Assembly: GCA_050952645.1 (NCBI GenBank)
Contig: JBMNLI010000010.1
Span: forward strand, 128,001-192,000
Direction: 5' to 3'
DNA length: 64,000 bases
From: Bdellovibrionota bacterium
GTDB taxonomy: Bacteria > Bdellovibrionota_C > UBA2361 > CAKMMH01
Position numbers and translations under genes: made by a program. Below are positions 33,479-44,064 of the stretch, one piece after another (position 1 is the stretch's first letter; each line of letters begins with the position of its first letter). The notes beneath the pieces were generated by a model, which was given only the letters and a program-made list of their open reading frames with translations, did not search any database and was not told where the DNA came from.

Positions 33479-33610
33479 ACACGAAACTCCTAAAATGCCA
33501 ATCGTAAAATTAAAACTTAAAGAATTATTATAACATATTAAATTATTTCTATGAATACATACTAAAATTAAAAATTAAAGATTTTCTCCCTTTAGAAATA
33601 CACTAAGAAC

Positions 33611-33695
33611 TATGAAAAAAAATAATATGAAAAAAAAATAATATGAAAAAAAAATAATATGAAAAAAAATAATATGAAAAAAAATAATATGAAAA
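33611..33695. repeat. ~15-16-bp tandem repeat (TATGAAAAAAAATAA) x5-6
   Basis: Direct tandem copies with variable A-run length. Confidence 0.85.
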
Positions 33696-33748
33696 CGATA
33701 AATAAAAAACAATAATATAAAAAAGAATGCACAAAGCAAACTTTATAT

Positions 33749-34732
33749 TTAACTTGCTAAAATTTGATTATTTAATACGACGTAAAAAAACACTGAAACT
33801 AGCATGGCAATTATCGGAGTTAGCACCCAAGCTTTGCACATTGAATGAATCCTCTTATACTTAATTTCAGTCCCCCCTCTAACTAATCCAACGCCTAGAA
33901 GTGCTCCTACTATACTATGACTACTACTTACAGGAACTCCTATAATAGCAAAAATATGTAGCGTTATCGCAGAACTTAACACTGCTACTAAAGCTCCAAA
34001 ACCATCTATTTTTAACACCCCTTTTCCGACTACTAACATAATTTTTTTACTATACGTTATAACACCTAGTGATATCGCTACTCCTGCTAAAAAAGCTATT
34101 TCTTTATCTATAAGACCATAGCCGTAAAATACATCGATAGGTAAGACACCAACTATATTTGCTACATTGTTTGCCCCTAGTGTATACGAGGCATAGCAAC
34201 CTATTAAAATTAAAAAATATTTTACTATAATATCATAATCGAGTATGCCCACTTTTAATCTTTTAAAAATATTATGCATTACATAATAAACGGCAAACGA
34301 TGTTAAAACGGATATTACGGGAACTAAAATCCAGCATAATAAGATTTTTAAACAAGCATCAATATTAAAAGATTTATTTACGATAGACACTCCTAATATC
34401 GCTCCTACTACTACTTGCGATACGCTCACAGAAAACTTTAAAGAGTTTGCTACAAATATACAAAACGCACTAGCAAAAGTAATACTTAGAGCCATATTAT
34501 ATTCGTTTACTACACTCTTACTTTTTGCTAAAGCGCTATAAGTTTTAATTCCAGCTTCCCCTTGAAGATACGCACCTAAAATAATAAAGCAAGAACACAG
34601 CGACACTGCAAGCACGTAGCTTACTATCTTTTCAGAAACTGCTAGTCCAAAACAATTCGATGCATCGTTAGCCCCTAAATTCCAAGCTAAAAGCGTAGCT
34701 CCTAAAAGAATAAGAATTACTTGCACATCCAT
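33749..34732 (-). CDS. PiT-family inorganic phosphate transporter
   Basis: GANDASN and GANNVAN signature motifs, PVSSSH. Confidence 0.92.
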   Translation of the reverse strand: MDVQVILILLGATLLAWNLGANDASNCFGLAVSEKIVSYVLAVSLCSCFIILGAYLQGEAGIKTYSALAKSKSVVNEYNMALSITFASAFCIFVANSLKFSVSVSQVVVGAILGVSIVNKSFNIDACLKILLCWILVPVISVLTSFAVYYVMHNIFKRLKVGILDYDIIVKYFLILIGCYASYTLGANNVANIVGVLPIDVFYGYGLIDKEIAFLAGVAISLGVITYSKKIMLVVGKGVLKIDGFGALVAVLSSAITLHIFAIIGVPVSSSHSIVGALLGVGLVRGGTEIKYKRIHSMCKAWVLTPIIAMLVSVFFYVVLNNQILAS

Positions 34733-34736
34733 ATTT

Positions 34737-35381
34737 TTACAAACCTCTCTTTGCTACTATTACTCTTATTATATCCGAGGCGTCTTCCGCTTTATCACAA
34801 ATCCTAGATAAAATTCTTATCCATTCGCTTAATATTATTTTTTTATATGAATCTATATCACTCTTAAAGATTTTCTCGACTAAAAATATTTCCACATCAT
34901 CGGCATCACTTTCAATTTGAGAAATTTGCCCAATTAAAGGAAGGGCTAAATGATAATTTTTAAAAAGATGCGCCTCGGCATCGCATAATGTTTGAGTAAT
35001 ATTTACACCATAATTTACGATCGCCAAAATTGAACTAATACAAAAATCTGGGAAACTATTTATATTATGTGTTTTTAACATTAGCGCAACACTTTCCGCA
35101 TGGTTAGCAACTTTATCTGTCGCCTCGACTAGCCCAATTATATCTCCTCTAGATTCTGGAAATAAAGACTTGCCATAGAGAAGCACCTCGAGTTCGCCCC
35201 TTATCGTGTCTGCCTTAGCTTCTGAAATTCTAACTAAGCTTATCGTTTCATCAATATTAGCAGTAAGAGGGTCGATAACCGTTAATATAGCCCTCTTAAG
35301 TGCTACGACAGAATTTACTACCTCTAGCCTAAACTCTGCAAATAAATTTTCTATTTGTTTCTTTTTCTTATAATCAAACAT
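34737..35381 (-). CDS. DUF47 / PhoU-like phosphate transport regulator
   Basis: Repeated ExxAD motifs; lies directly upstream of the PiT gene. Confidence 0.85.
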   Translation of the reverse strand: MFDYKKKKQIENLFAEFRLEVVNSVVALKRAILTVIDPLTANIDETISLVRISEAKADTIRGELEVLLYGKSLFPESRGDIIGLVEATDKVANHAESVALMLKTHNINSFPDFCISSILAIVNYGVNITQTLCDAEAHLFKNYHLALPLIGQISQIESDADDVEIFLVEKIFKSDIDSYKKIILSEWIRILSRICDKAEDASDIIRVIVAKRGL

Positions 35382-35705
35382 TTTTACCTTTTATTTACCT
35401 TTTATTTACTTTTTATTTACTCTTTATTTACTCTTTATTTACTCTTTATTTACTCTTTAACTTACCTTATATTTTATCTGTTAATTTTGCTTTATATTTT
35501 GCTTTATATTTTACCTTATATTTTACCTTTTAATTTTATAAAAATCATATAAAATAAACCTTATAGCGACGAGAATATACTATAATATATAGCATATTCC
35601 TGCGCTAGAACATACCCATTTTGCATGCAACTTTTATATTAAAAAATATATAAAATAACTATAAAATAAATAAAAAATAATAAAATCGCCTAGGCTTTTA
35701 AACTT

Positions 35706-35735
35706 TGACTTTACATATAAAAATATAGTATGATA
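35706..35735 (+). promoter_or_regulatory. sigma70-like promoter of the TetR gene
   Basis: TTGACT-N18-TATGAT. Confidence 0.4.
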
Positions 35736-35755
35736 ATAAATTGTGAGGCGCCATT

Positions 35756-36424
35756 ATGAATACTGCAAAAACAAATACAGCAAAAATAAATACAGCAAAT
35801 ATAAATACTGCTAAAATTTTTAAACACACCGAAGACTTATCGCTATGCAATGCTAGTTCAAAAGAAAGAGTTCTTGCTGCCGCTTTAAAATTATTTGTAG
35901 GTCAAGGTTATTTTAATACGAATATTCCAGACTTAAGCAAAGAGAGTAGATGTAGCGTAGGTTCAATTTATCATCACTTTAAGAATAAAGAAGAAATAGC
36001 AAAAGCACTTTATGATTTATGTATATCAATTTTTAGAAAAGAGCTAGAAAAATCGATCTCAGGTATAACGGACACCGAAGAGTTTATAAAAAAATTAGTT
36101 AAAGCATTTCTAAGATTTTCTGAAGTTAATGTTCAAACCTCTAAATATATCTGGCTTTGTCGTCATAGTGAATTTTTAGATGGGCTTATTATGAGACCTA
36201 CGACATTAGGCTTTGATAATTTTGGAAGAATGCTTACAAGAGTTTTAAAGCAAGGAATAAAAGAAAATAAGATACGTGCCTTAAATGCTAATATCATTTG
36301 GAGTATTATTTTTGGAATTCCTTTAGAATACGTAAGAGATTGGCTAGATGGCTACAACAAAATTGCTCCATCAAAAGTAGCAGATGAGATTGCAGATGCT
36401 TGTTGGCGAGCATTAAAAATATGA
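35756..36424 (+). CDS. TetR/AcrR-family transcriptional regulator
   Basis: ALKLFVGQGY...SVGSIYHHFKNKEE helix-turn-helix. Confidence 0.92.
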   Translation: MNTAKTNTAKINTANINTAKIFKHTEDLSLCNASSKERVLAAALKLFVGQGYFNTNIPDLSKESRCSVGSIYHHFKNKEEIAKALYDLCISIFRKELEKSISGITDTEEFIKKLVKAFLRFSEVNVQTSKYIWLCRHSEFLDGLIMRPTTLGFDNFGRMLTRVLKQGIKENKIRALNANIIWSIIFGIPLEYVRDWLDGYNKIAPSKVADEIADACWRALKI

Positions 36425-36478
36425 ATTATAAAAAAAAAGGTTTTAAAACGATAATTAAAAAATAACAAGAATATCATA

Positions 36479-37987
36479 ATGGACAATATTTACACACTTA
36501 GCGTTTTCTTTATAGTATTTAGTATTTTACTAATTTTCTTTACTATATCTAATTGGACTTTAAGTAGGACTAAAAGCACTAAACTAAAAAATCTAGAAGA
36601 AGAGTTAAAAAAAACATCTTCCCTTAAATTTACGAAACACTTAATAAAAAACCGCGATAAAAACATATACTCTACCTACATCTACATTATAATTATAAGC
36701 TTTTGTCTTGGCGTTTGTTTATATAAAATACTAAACCTTACATCGCAATATTTTTTAAAAGATTCACTAAACCCCTTATTTTTAAACTTTAAATTAGCAC
36801 TTATCTTTCCTATAACTTCAATTATATTTTTAAGCGTGATGATTTTTATAATCGATTTATTAAAAGGCATATCTTCCTTTAATGCTGAAAAAACATTAAC
36901 TATTATATCACCAGTATTATACATATTTTGCAAGCTTCTCGCCCCTATTCCAGTAGTTATAATAAATATAAATAATAAAATTTTGCAAAGTTTGGGCAAA
37001 GCAACCACAAAAAGATCTCCTACTAGCATGCTTTCGCAAAAAGAGATTGAAGCTCTTTTAGAAGAAAGCACACAAAATGGTCTAATAGAAGACGAAGAAA
37101 AAGAACTTATAAAGGGCGTTATAAATTTCTCAGACACTACCGTAAGAGAAATAATGATTCCACGCCATAAAATTGCAGCGGTAGAAATTGATGATGAAAT
37201 CTTAGAAGTGTCAAAAATATTTTCAAGTGAAGGATTTAGTAGGTTAGTAGTCTATGCAAAAGAGCTAGACGATGTAAAAGGTATGGTTTTAGCAAAGGAC
37301 GTTTTAACTTACACATCAAATGAAAACCATGATATAGAAGCTTTAAAAAAACCTATAAAAACTCTTATGAGGCAAGCATATTTCGTAAGAGAAAACAAAC
37401 AAATAGATTCTCTTTTGCAAGAATTTAGAAAACAAGGAATCCATTTAGCGGTAGTTTTAGATGAACACGGTGGCGTTGAGGGCATTATTACTATCGAAGA
37501 TTTATTAGAAGAAATAGTTGGGGATATCATGGATGAGCACGACGTGCTTGAACAAAAGCAAAGCGAGCCAGACGTAATCGAAAGCAAAGAGGGAGTTATT
37601 ATCGTTTCAGGAGCACTGTCTATACATGATTTTAACGAACACCATAAACCAACGCTTCCAGAGGGAGAATATGAATCTATAGCAGGTTTTATGCTAAAAA
37701 TGTTTTCTAAAATGCCTCAAAATGGAGAAAATTTTGAGTATAATAACCATTTATTTATAGCGGCTAAAGTCGATAAATATAAAATAGATAAAATTAAAAT
37801 AGTAGCACTTCCAAAGCTAGAACTAGAAAATAAAGAAAAACTAGAAGATAAAAAAGAGCAAGAACAAGATAAAGATACAGAAAAAGATAAAAATAAAGAG
37901 CAAGAACAAGCCAAAAAAGAGCAAGAAAAAGAACAAGAACGTAAAGAAAAAGAACAAGAACAAGAAGATAAAAAACAGGGAAAATAA
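36479..37987 (+). CDS. HlyC/CorC (CNNM-CBS-CorC) family membrane protein with a charged low-complexity tail
   Basis: TVREIMIPR, VVLDEHGGVEGIITIEDLLEEIVGDI, YESIAGF. Confidence 0.88.
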   Translation: MDNIYTLSVFFIVFSILLIFFTISNWTLSRTKSTKLKNLEEELKKTSSLKFTKHLIKNRDKNIYSTYIYIIIISFCLGVCLYKILNLTSQYFLKDSLNPLFLNFKLALIFPITSIIFLSVMIFIIDLLKGISSFNAEKTLTIISPVLYIFCKLLAPIPVVIININNKILQSLGKATTKRSPTSMLSQKEIEALLEESTQNGLIEDEEKELIKGVINFSDTTVREIMIPRHKIAAVEIDDEILEVSKIFSSEGFSRLVVYAKELDDVKGMVLAKDVLTYTSNENHDIEALKKPIKTLMRQAYFVRENKQIDSLLQEFRKQGIHLAVVLDEHGGVEGIITIEDLLEEIVGDIMDEHDVLEQKQSEPDVIESKEGVIIVSGALSIHDFNEHHKPTLPEGEYESIAGFMLKMFSKMPQNGENFEYNNHLFIAAKVDKYKIDKIKIVALPKLELENKEKLEDKKEQEQDKDTEKDKNKEQEQAKKEQEKEQERKEKEQEQEDKKQGK

Positions 37988-37999
37988 GAATAAAAAATA

Positions 38000-38071
38000 G
38001 GCTCTTCACGTTTTAAGGTAGGTTTTAGACCTTAAAATTAGTATCACTCACCTCGACGAAGCACAAAAGAA
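38000..38071. repeat. Dispersed palindromic element copy 6 (degenerate right arm)
   Basis: GGCTCTTCACGTTTTAAGGTAGG; interior AAATTAGTATCAC shared with copy 1 (AAATTAGCATCAC). Confidence 0.7.
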
Positions 38072-38311
38072 AATTGACTTTAAAGAAATTTTAGAACTAA
38101 AAATTTTTAAACTAAAAAAGTAGCGACAAAAAACTTTTTAAAAACTTATTAAAAATCTTTTAGTTAGCCGCCTTGTAAGCCATTATTAAAACAAAAACTG
38201 AAACCTTTTAAATAAAAACTCATCTTATTTTTACAGAAGTTCTTATCATCTCTAAGGATTTCTTTTACGATTTTAATCTAAAGGTTCTTTTTATAATAGA
38301 GGCGTAAAATT

Positions 38312-39151
38312 ATGGCAAAAGAAAAATTAAGTAAAAAAATAGAAAAAATTTCAACCGACAGTAAGCAAGGAAAATCAAAACAAGCAAAATCTTCATTAAA
38401 AATAAGCAAATCTGTAGTGCCTAATAAGGTTGAGGTTTCAAATAAGAAAAGCTATAAGAAGAGTTATAAGATAGATCTGCGCATACTTCCCCCTACAAAC
38501 CTAGGGCCCTTTGCGATATCTGGGCTTGCGGTTGCGCCAGCTATTATAAAATTGTGTAAAGTAAAGAAGATCGATGTTATAGGTATTATAGATAATTTCC
38601 AAGGTGATTTTTTAGATAGGCTTCAAAAACTAAGCTTCGACTATCCACTTACGATTTTGCCAGCTATCGATTTACAAATAAAAGTGGATAAGTATGAGGA
38701 TATAATTTTAACTTGTTTTTTTGAAAGTTCTGAAACATCATCGACCATTAAGGATTTTTTAAATTTATTAGAAGTGCCATCGTCTTGCTATGGGAAAGAG
38801 GCTTACCCAGTTAAATTGCCATTAGATATTATATTAGAACATTTAGAAGCGTTTGATGGGTTTGCTATTCCAAGTAGGGTAGACAAAACTCCTAATAGAA
38901 AATGCGCCATTCCTATTTTAGTAGAAAAATATGGTTTTAGGACGTTTGAGGTAGTGTATCAAGACGACACGAAAGCGTTATTTAAAAAACTATGGCCTAA
39001 AGAGCACTTTAATATCTTTAGTTTCTCAAATGCAAATGCGTTAGCTCAAGTTGGGAACAGAGCCGAAAAGATTAAACTAGCTGAACTAAATTTTTCAGGC
39101 ATCAAAAACTTTATGATGAGAAGCGATGCTATATCTTTTGATATAAACTAA
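38312..39151 (+). CDS. PHP-domain-like protein lacking the metal-binding histidines
   Basis: YKIDLRILPP, IDVIGIIDN and GFAIPSRVDK correspond to PHP motifs DLHxH, ITDH and AHxDR. Confidence 0.55.
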   Translation: MAKEKLSKKIEKISTDSKQGKSKQAKSSLKISKSVVPNKVEVSNKKSYKKSYKIDLRILPPTNLGPFAISGLAVAPAIIKLCKVKKIDVIGIIDNFQGDFLDRLQKLSFDYPLTILPAIDLQIKVDKYEDIILTCFFESSETSSTIKDFLNLLEVPSSCYGKEAYPVKLPLDIILEHLEAFDGFAIPSRVDKTPNRKCAIPILVEKYGFRTFEVVYQDDTKALFKKLWPKEHFNIFSFSNANALAQVGNRAEKIKLAELNFSGIKNFMMRSDAISFDIN

Positions 39152-39163
39152 ACAAATTATTTA

Positions 39164-39244
39164 GTTCTTTAATACGCTTTAAGTGAACCGATTAAGACGG
39201 CAAAAAATCTATTTAACTAGAATAGCTTAAAACGTGAAAGAGCC
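39164..39244. repeat. Dispersed palindromic element copy 7
   Basis: GTTCTTTAATACGCTTTAAG ... CTTAAAACGTGAAAGAGCC between convergent stops. Confidence 0.75.
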
Positions 39245-39264
39245 GTTTTTTAATATATAACGCC

Positions 39265-42200
39265 TTAAACAAAATCAACATTTACGCTTGCAAAGTTTTG
39301 TTCTAATTCATCGCTAAAATCGTCAGTTGCCGATACGTTTATATTATTACTAGAGATGTCTTTTAATTGTAATAAAACCCTTTCATCATCTAAATTAAGC
39401 ATTATCTTTAATGGACAATTCCCCTCGTTTTTTCTTACTATCTCTTTAAAATCCTTTTTCTTACTCCTAAACTCTTCTAAATCATCGATAGTAATAATAA
39501 CTGAGCTAGCTTTGCCCCTTCTAACCTCAGATAACACCTTTGCCTCACTAGCTATAAATGTAGTCCTATTTTCCGTTATATCAAGCTTCCCTGATACCAA
39601 TAAAGGCTCTTCCCTTTCTAAAGATTCTCCAATCTTTCTATAAGCATCAGGCCAAACAAAAGTTTCTATCGAACCCGTGTCATCTTCTAATAAAAAATTA
39701 GCATACCTCTCCCCTTTCCTAGTGTTTTTTAATTTAAGAAACGTTACGACACCCGCAAGAGAAATGGAATTTACATTTTTAGGAGGCTTCTCTTTTGCTA
39801 CATTTATACTTATTACATTCAACTTTTTTAACAACATTTTATACTTATAAAGTGGATGCCCAGAAATATAAAAACCTAATGCTTCCTTTTCTAAAGATAA
39901 CAACACATTACTTGAAAACTCTAGCATATTACTTCTTTTTCTCTCTATGGTATAAGAGCCTTCACAAAAATCAAAAAGAGAAACCTGCTCAGCATCTTTT
40001 TCTTTTTGAATAGCAGAAGCTTGCTTTAAAACGAAATCTAAAATCATAAGATTCTCATTTTTACTAACCCCTGAAAAATCGAATGCTCCAGATTTTATTA
40101 AATTCTCTAATACTCTCTTATTTAAAGCACTAACTGGAACCCTTAAAACTAAATCCTCTAAATCTTTATACTCACCACACTTTTCTCTCTCTTCAATAAT
40201 AGCTAAAACGGCTTTTTCACCTACCGCCTTTATCGCGGAAAGCCCGAACCTAATCTTTCCTGCATTGACAGAAAAATTCGCATAACTCTTATTCACATCG
40301 GGAGGTAAAATCTTTATCCCATGCTTTTTACACTCATTAAAATTCTTCAAAACCTTGTCCGTATCATCCGCCTCATGGCTCATCACAGCAGCCATAAACT
40401 CTACTAAATAATGCGCCTTTAAATACGCCGTCTGATACGTAATTAAAGCGTAAGCCGCCGAATGGCTCTTATTAAAACCATACCTAGCAAATGTTTCCAT
40501 TTGTGAAAATACAGTTTCAGCTACTTTTTTACTAATATTGTTAGAAACACAACCTTTTATAAAGGCAGGCTTCTGCTCTGCCATTTCTTCTGCTATCTTT
40601 TTACCCATCGCACGCCTTAAAAGATCTGCTTCGCTTAGAGTAAAATTAGCTAGCGTTCTTGCGATTTGCATTATTTGCTCTTGGTAAATCATAATGCCAT
40701 AAGTATCTTTTAAAATATCCGCAAGCAAAGGATGCTCATACTCTACCTTTTCTCTTCCATGCTTTCTTTCTATATACCTATCTACCATTCCAGCATCTAA
40801 GGGACCGGGGCGATAAAGCGCATTTAACGCCACTAAATCCTCAAACCTAGTAGGCGCAATTCTAACCGTAATATCTGTAATCCCTGAAGATTCTAATTGA
40901 AACACACCTACTGTATCTCCAGCTCTTAAAAGTTCAAAAACTTTCTCATCATCTAGCGGTATATGTGAAAGGTCAACGGTCTCCCCTCTTGAGCCCTTTA
41001 TAATATCTAAAGCCGTTTTTATAACCGTTAAAGTTTTTAAACCTAAAAAGTCAAACTTTACTAAACCTACTTTCTCTACATACTTCATCGAGTATTGCGT
41101 AACGTCGTGCCCGAACTTATCGATCATTAGTGGCACTATATCACTTAACGGTCTATCTGCGATTATAACACCTGCCGCATGCGTCGAAGCGTGACGCGTC
41201 AACCCCTCTAGCTTCATCGCATGTCGCATCAGTTCTTGCCCGTCATTTTCAGCATACTCTTTTAGTTTAGGCTCTAATTCTAACGCTCTTTTAATATCAA
41301 CCTCGGCTCCTTGCCTTTGATTTGGAATAAGACTTGCTACTCTATCGGTTTCTTGGTAGCTTACTCCTAAAACTCTACCCACATCTTTTATAGCATTTTT
41401 AGCTTTTAACGTTCCAAATGTCGCTATTTGTGCTACGTTATCTTTACCATATTTATTAGACACATACTCTAAAACTTTCTCACGCCCTTGAACGCAAAAA
41501 TCCACATCTATATCTGGAAGCGTTATGCGGTCGGGATTTAAAAATCTTTCAAAAAGCAAATCATGCCTTATAGGATCTATATCAGTTATTTGCATAGCAT
41601 ACGCAACTAAAGACCCTGCGCAGCTTCCACGCCCTGGCCCTACGGGAACTCCATTTTGTTTTGACCATACAATAAAATCTGAAACTACTAAAAAATACCC
41701 TGCAAACCCCATGCTATCTATTAGCGATATTTCTCTTTCTAGCCTATCTATATAAACTTTTTCTAACTCTTTAGTGTAATCCTTACTCTTACTTATAATT
41801 TCTAATCTCGCCTTTAAGCCATTTCTAGCTTGCTCAGACATTATCTCTATAAAAGGACGATTTTTTAATTCAGGATCATCACTCTTATACACAGGCATAT
41901 AGTGAATAGAAAAATTAAATTTCGTTTCACACATATCTGCAATTTTTACAGTATTTGCCATCGCCTCTTTTATAGGATAATCCTTAAAATCTTCTAGAAT
42001 TTCTTTAGTGCTTCTTAAATGAAGATCAAACCCTTCAAATGACATTCTGTTTTCATCTGAAAGCTGTTTTTGTGTCGCTATGCACATTAAAATTTCTTGA
42101 GACATACTATCTTCTTTTTCTAAATAGTGGGCATCACAAGTAGGAATAATCGGGATATTATATTCTTTTGAAAGTTCAAATATTCGTTTATTTGTCTCTT

Positions 42201-42762
42201 GTTGCTCTCGATTTTGATGAGGCTGAATCTCTAGGTAAAATCTATCTTTAAAAGTCGTGTTATAAAAGTCTAGCGTGTTTTTAAGTTCTTGCTCTTTGCC
42301 GGCCCTGATAAGAAAGGGAATCTCTCCTTGCAAACAAGCACTACTAATAATAAGCCCTTCGTTATATTTTGATAAAAGTTCCCAATCGACTCTCGGTTTA
42401 AAATAAAAACCCTCTTTATAAGATAAACTAGTAAGCTTACATAAATTTCTATACCCAGCATCATCCATCGCAAGAGCGATTATATGAAACGTTCCACCGC
42501 CACCATTTGCTAAAGTTTTTCTTTCAAACCTATCTTTTGGGGCTACATAAAGCTCACAACCTATAATAGGTTTAACATTAAAATCTTTTGCAGTTATATA
42601 AAACTCTACCGCTCCATGCATATTCCCATGGTCTGTCATAGCGACAGCTTTTTGATTAAAACTTTCCGCTTTTCTTAATAAATCATCTAGTTTTATAGCG
42701 CCATCTAGCAAACTATAATGAGTGTGAACGTGTAAATGAACAAAATTTATATCTTCTTGCAC
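39265..42762 (-). CDS. dnaE: DNA polymerase III alpha subunit
   Basis: HLHVHTHYS, GPGRGS, LPDIDVDF, KFDFLGL, YGFNKSH; GTG start at 42762 fits SD AAAGGA. Confidence 0.98.
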   Translation of the reverse strand: MQEDINFVHLHVHTHYSLLDGAIKLDDLLRKAESFNQKAVAMTDHGNMHGAVEFYITAKDFNVKPIIGCELYVAPKDRFERKTLANGGGGTFHIIALAMDDAGYRNLCKLTSLSYKEGFYFKPRVDWELLSKYNEGLIISSACLQGEIPFLIRAGKEQELKNTLDFYNTTFKDRFYLEIQPHQNREQQETNKRIFELSKEYNIPIIPTCDAHYLEKEDSMSQEILMCIATQKQLSDENRMSFEGFDLHLRSTKEILEDFKDYPIKEAMANTVKIADMCETKFNFSIHYMPVYKSDDPELKNRPFIEIMSEQARNGLKARLEIISKSKDYTKELEKVYIDRLEREISLIDSMGFAGYFLVVSDFIVWSKQNGVPVGPGRGSCAGSLVAYAMQITDIDPIRHDLLFERFLNPDRITLPDIDVDFCVQGREKVLEYVSNKYGKDNVAQIATFGTLKAKNAIKDVGRVLGVSYQETDRVASLIPNQRQGAEVDIKRALELEPKLKEYAENDGQELMRHAMKLEGLTRHASTHAAGVIIADRPLSDIVPLMIDKFGHDVTQYSMKYVEKVGLVKFDFLGLKTLTVIKTALDIIKGSRGETVDLSHIPLDDEKVFELLRAGDTVGVFQLESSGITDITVRIAPTRFEDLVALNALYRPGPLDAGMVDRYIERKHGREKVEYEHPLLADILKDTYGIMIYQEQIMQIARTLANFTLSEADLLRRAMGKKIAEEMAEQKPAFIKGCVSNNISKKVAETVFSQMETFARYGFNKSHSAAYALITYQTAYLKAHYLVEFMAAVMSHEADDTDKVLKNFNECKKHGIKILPPDVNKSYANFSVNAGKIRFGLSAIKAVGEKAVLAIIEEREKCGEYKDLEDLVLRVPVSALNKRVLENLIKSGAFDFSGVSKNENLMILDFVLKQASAIQKEKDAEQVSLFDFCEGSYTIERKRSNMLEFSSNVLLSLEKEALGFYISGHPLYKYKMLLKKLNVISINVAKEKPPKNVNSISLAGVVTFLKLKNTRKGERYANFLLEDDTGSIETFVWPDAYRKIGESLEREEPLLVSGKLDITENRTTFIASEAKVLSEVRRGKASSVIITIDDLEEFRSKKKDFKEIVRKNEGNCPLKIMLNLDDERVLLQLKDISSNNINVSATDDFSDELEQNFASVNVDFV

Positions 42763-43087
42763 AAAAAACATCCTTTAATAAAACAAACTCTAATATAACT
42801 CTAATATAAAAGGATAAACTAGAATAAGTTTAACCGCAACAATGTAAGAAAAAGAAAATAAAGATATTTTTTAAAAAAAAGTTTCTTTTAATAACTACTT
42901 TAAATTAAAGATAATTTTACTCGAAAAAATAAATTTTACGCTAAGCTTTATATACAAAACTTTTACAAAAAATTACAAAAATTAAAGCAACGATTCTAAA
43001 AAAATATCATTTTACTTATATACATAAAAAAACATACTAAAAAAATATTCAAAAAAAAAAATACAAAAAAATAGGAGAATAGTTAAT

Positions 43088-43300
43088 ATGAAAAACAATG
43101 ATAAAATCAATTTAGAAGAGTTTATAAATAGCCAAATTGAAACTGTGGAAATTACTATCGGAGACTTAATCGAAGCTATTTCAAATATTTCATTAGGCAT
43201 TTGTAATAATAAAGAAGAGGCTTATAAATTAACGTCTGAAAGAATATCTGCAATCTTAGCTCAAAACGATAAAGACCTTGAGAGCATAGAAACAAAATAA
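43088..43300 (+). CDS. Small acidic hypothetical protein
   Basis: SD GGAG; 70 aa; co-oriented with the ABC genes. Confidence 0.6.
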   Translation: MKNNDKINLEEFINSQIETVEITIGDLIEAISNISLGICNNKEEAYKLTSERISAILAQNDKDLESIETK

Positions 43301-43331
43301 TCTTTTTATAAAATCTTTTTATAAAATCTTT

Positions 43332-44054
43332 ATGCTTAAAGTAAAAAATATTTCTAAAAATTTTGAAAATTTCAATGTTTTAAAAGATTTAAACTTTGAA
43401 GTAAAAAAAGGTGAAATCTCCGTTTTTCTAGGCGTAAATGGCGCTGGAAAAACTACTACTCTTAAAATTATAACTGGAATTTTAAGCCCTAGTAGCGGAG
43501 AAATTCTAATAGATGATAAAAACTTTAAAGAGCATTCAAAGTATATAAAAAGCATTACTGGGTACGTTCAAGACAGACCTTTTTTTTATGAAAAGCTTTC
43601 AGTTAGAGAATTTTTAAGATTTATAGCAGGGCTTTATAATCTAGAAAAAAAGTTTGCAGATAATCAAATTGAAAAACTACTTACCCATTATAAAATAGAA
43701 AACAAGATAGATGCTCTTATAGAGAGCTTATCTCATGGCATGAGGCAACGCCTCTCTATCTGTGCTTCGCTTATCCACTCCCCAAAGCTTTTAGTTATCG
43801 ATGAACCCATGGTTGGGTTAGACCCTAGTGGTGCTAAACTTTTAAAAACCTCTTTAAAAGAGTACGCAAAATCTAGCACTGCTATTTTAATATCTACACA
43901 TAGTTTAGAAGTCGCAGAAGAGCTTGCCGATAATATTCTAATAATAGATAAGGGGCAAATAGTAAAAAATGCGCCTCTTAAAGATATTAAAAATGATAAA
44001 AATTTTACTTCATTAGAAGAACTTTTTATAAATATTACCTCTAATGCATTATAA
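43332..44054 (+). CDS. ABC transporter ATP-binding protein
   Basis: GVNGAGKTT, LSHGMRQR, IDEP, STH. Confidence 0.95.
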   Translation: MLKVKNISKNFENFNVLKDLNFEVKKGEISVFLGVNGAGKTTTLKIITGILSPSSGEILIDDKNFKEHSKYIKSITGYVQDRPFFYEKLSVREFLRFIAGLYNLEKKFADNQIEKLLTHYKIENKIDALIESLSHGMRQRLSICASLIHSPKLLVIDEPMVGLDPSGAKLLKTSLKEYAKSSTAILISTHSLEVAEELADNILIIDKGQIVKNAPLKDIKNDKNFTSLEELFINITSNAL

Positions 44055-44064
44055 TTAAAATATT

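Noticed and set aside
39265..42762. Intein in DnaE
   Set aside because: Length (~1165 aa) is normal and no intein or LAGLIDADG motifs are seen
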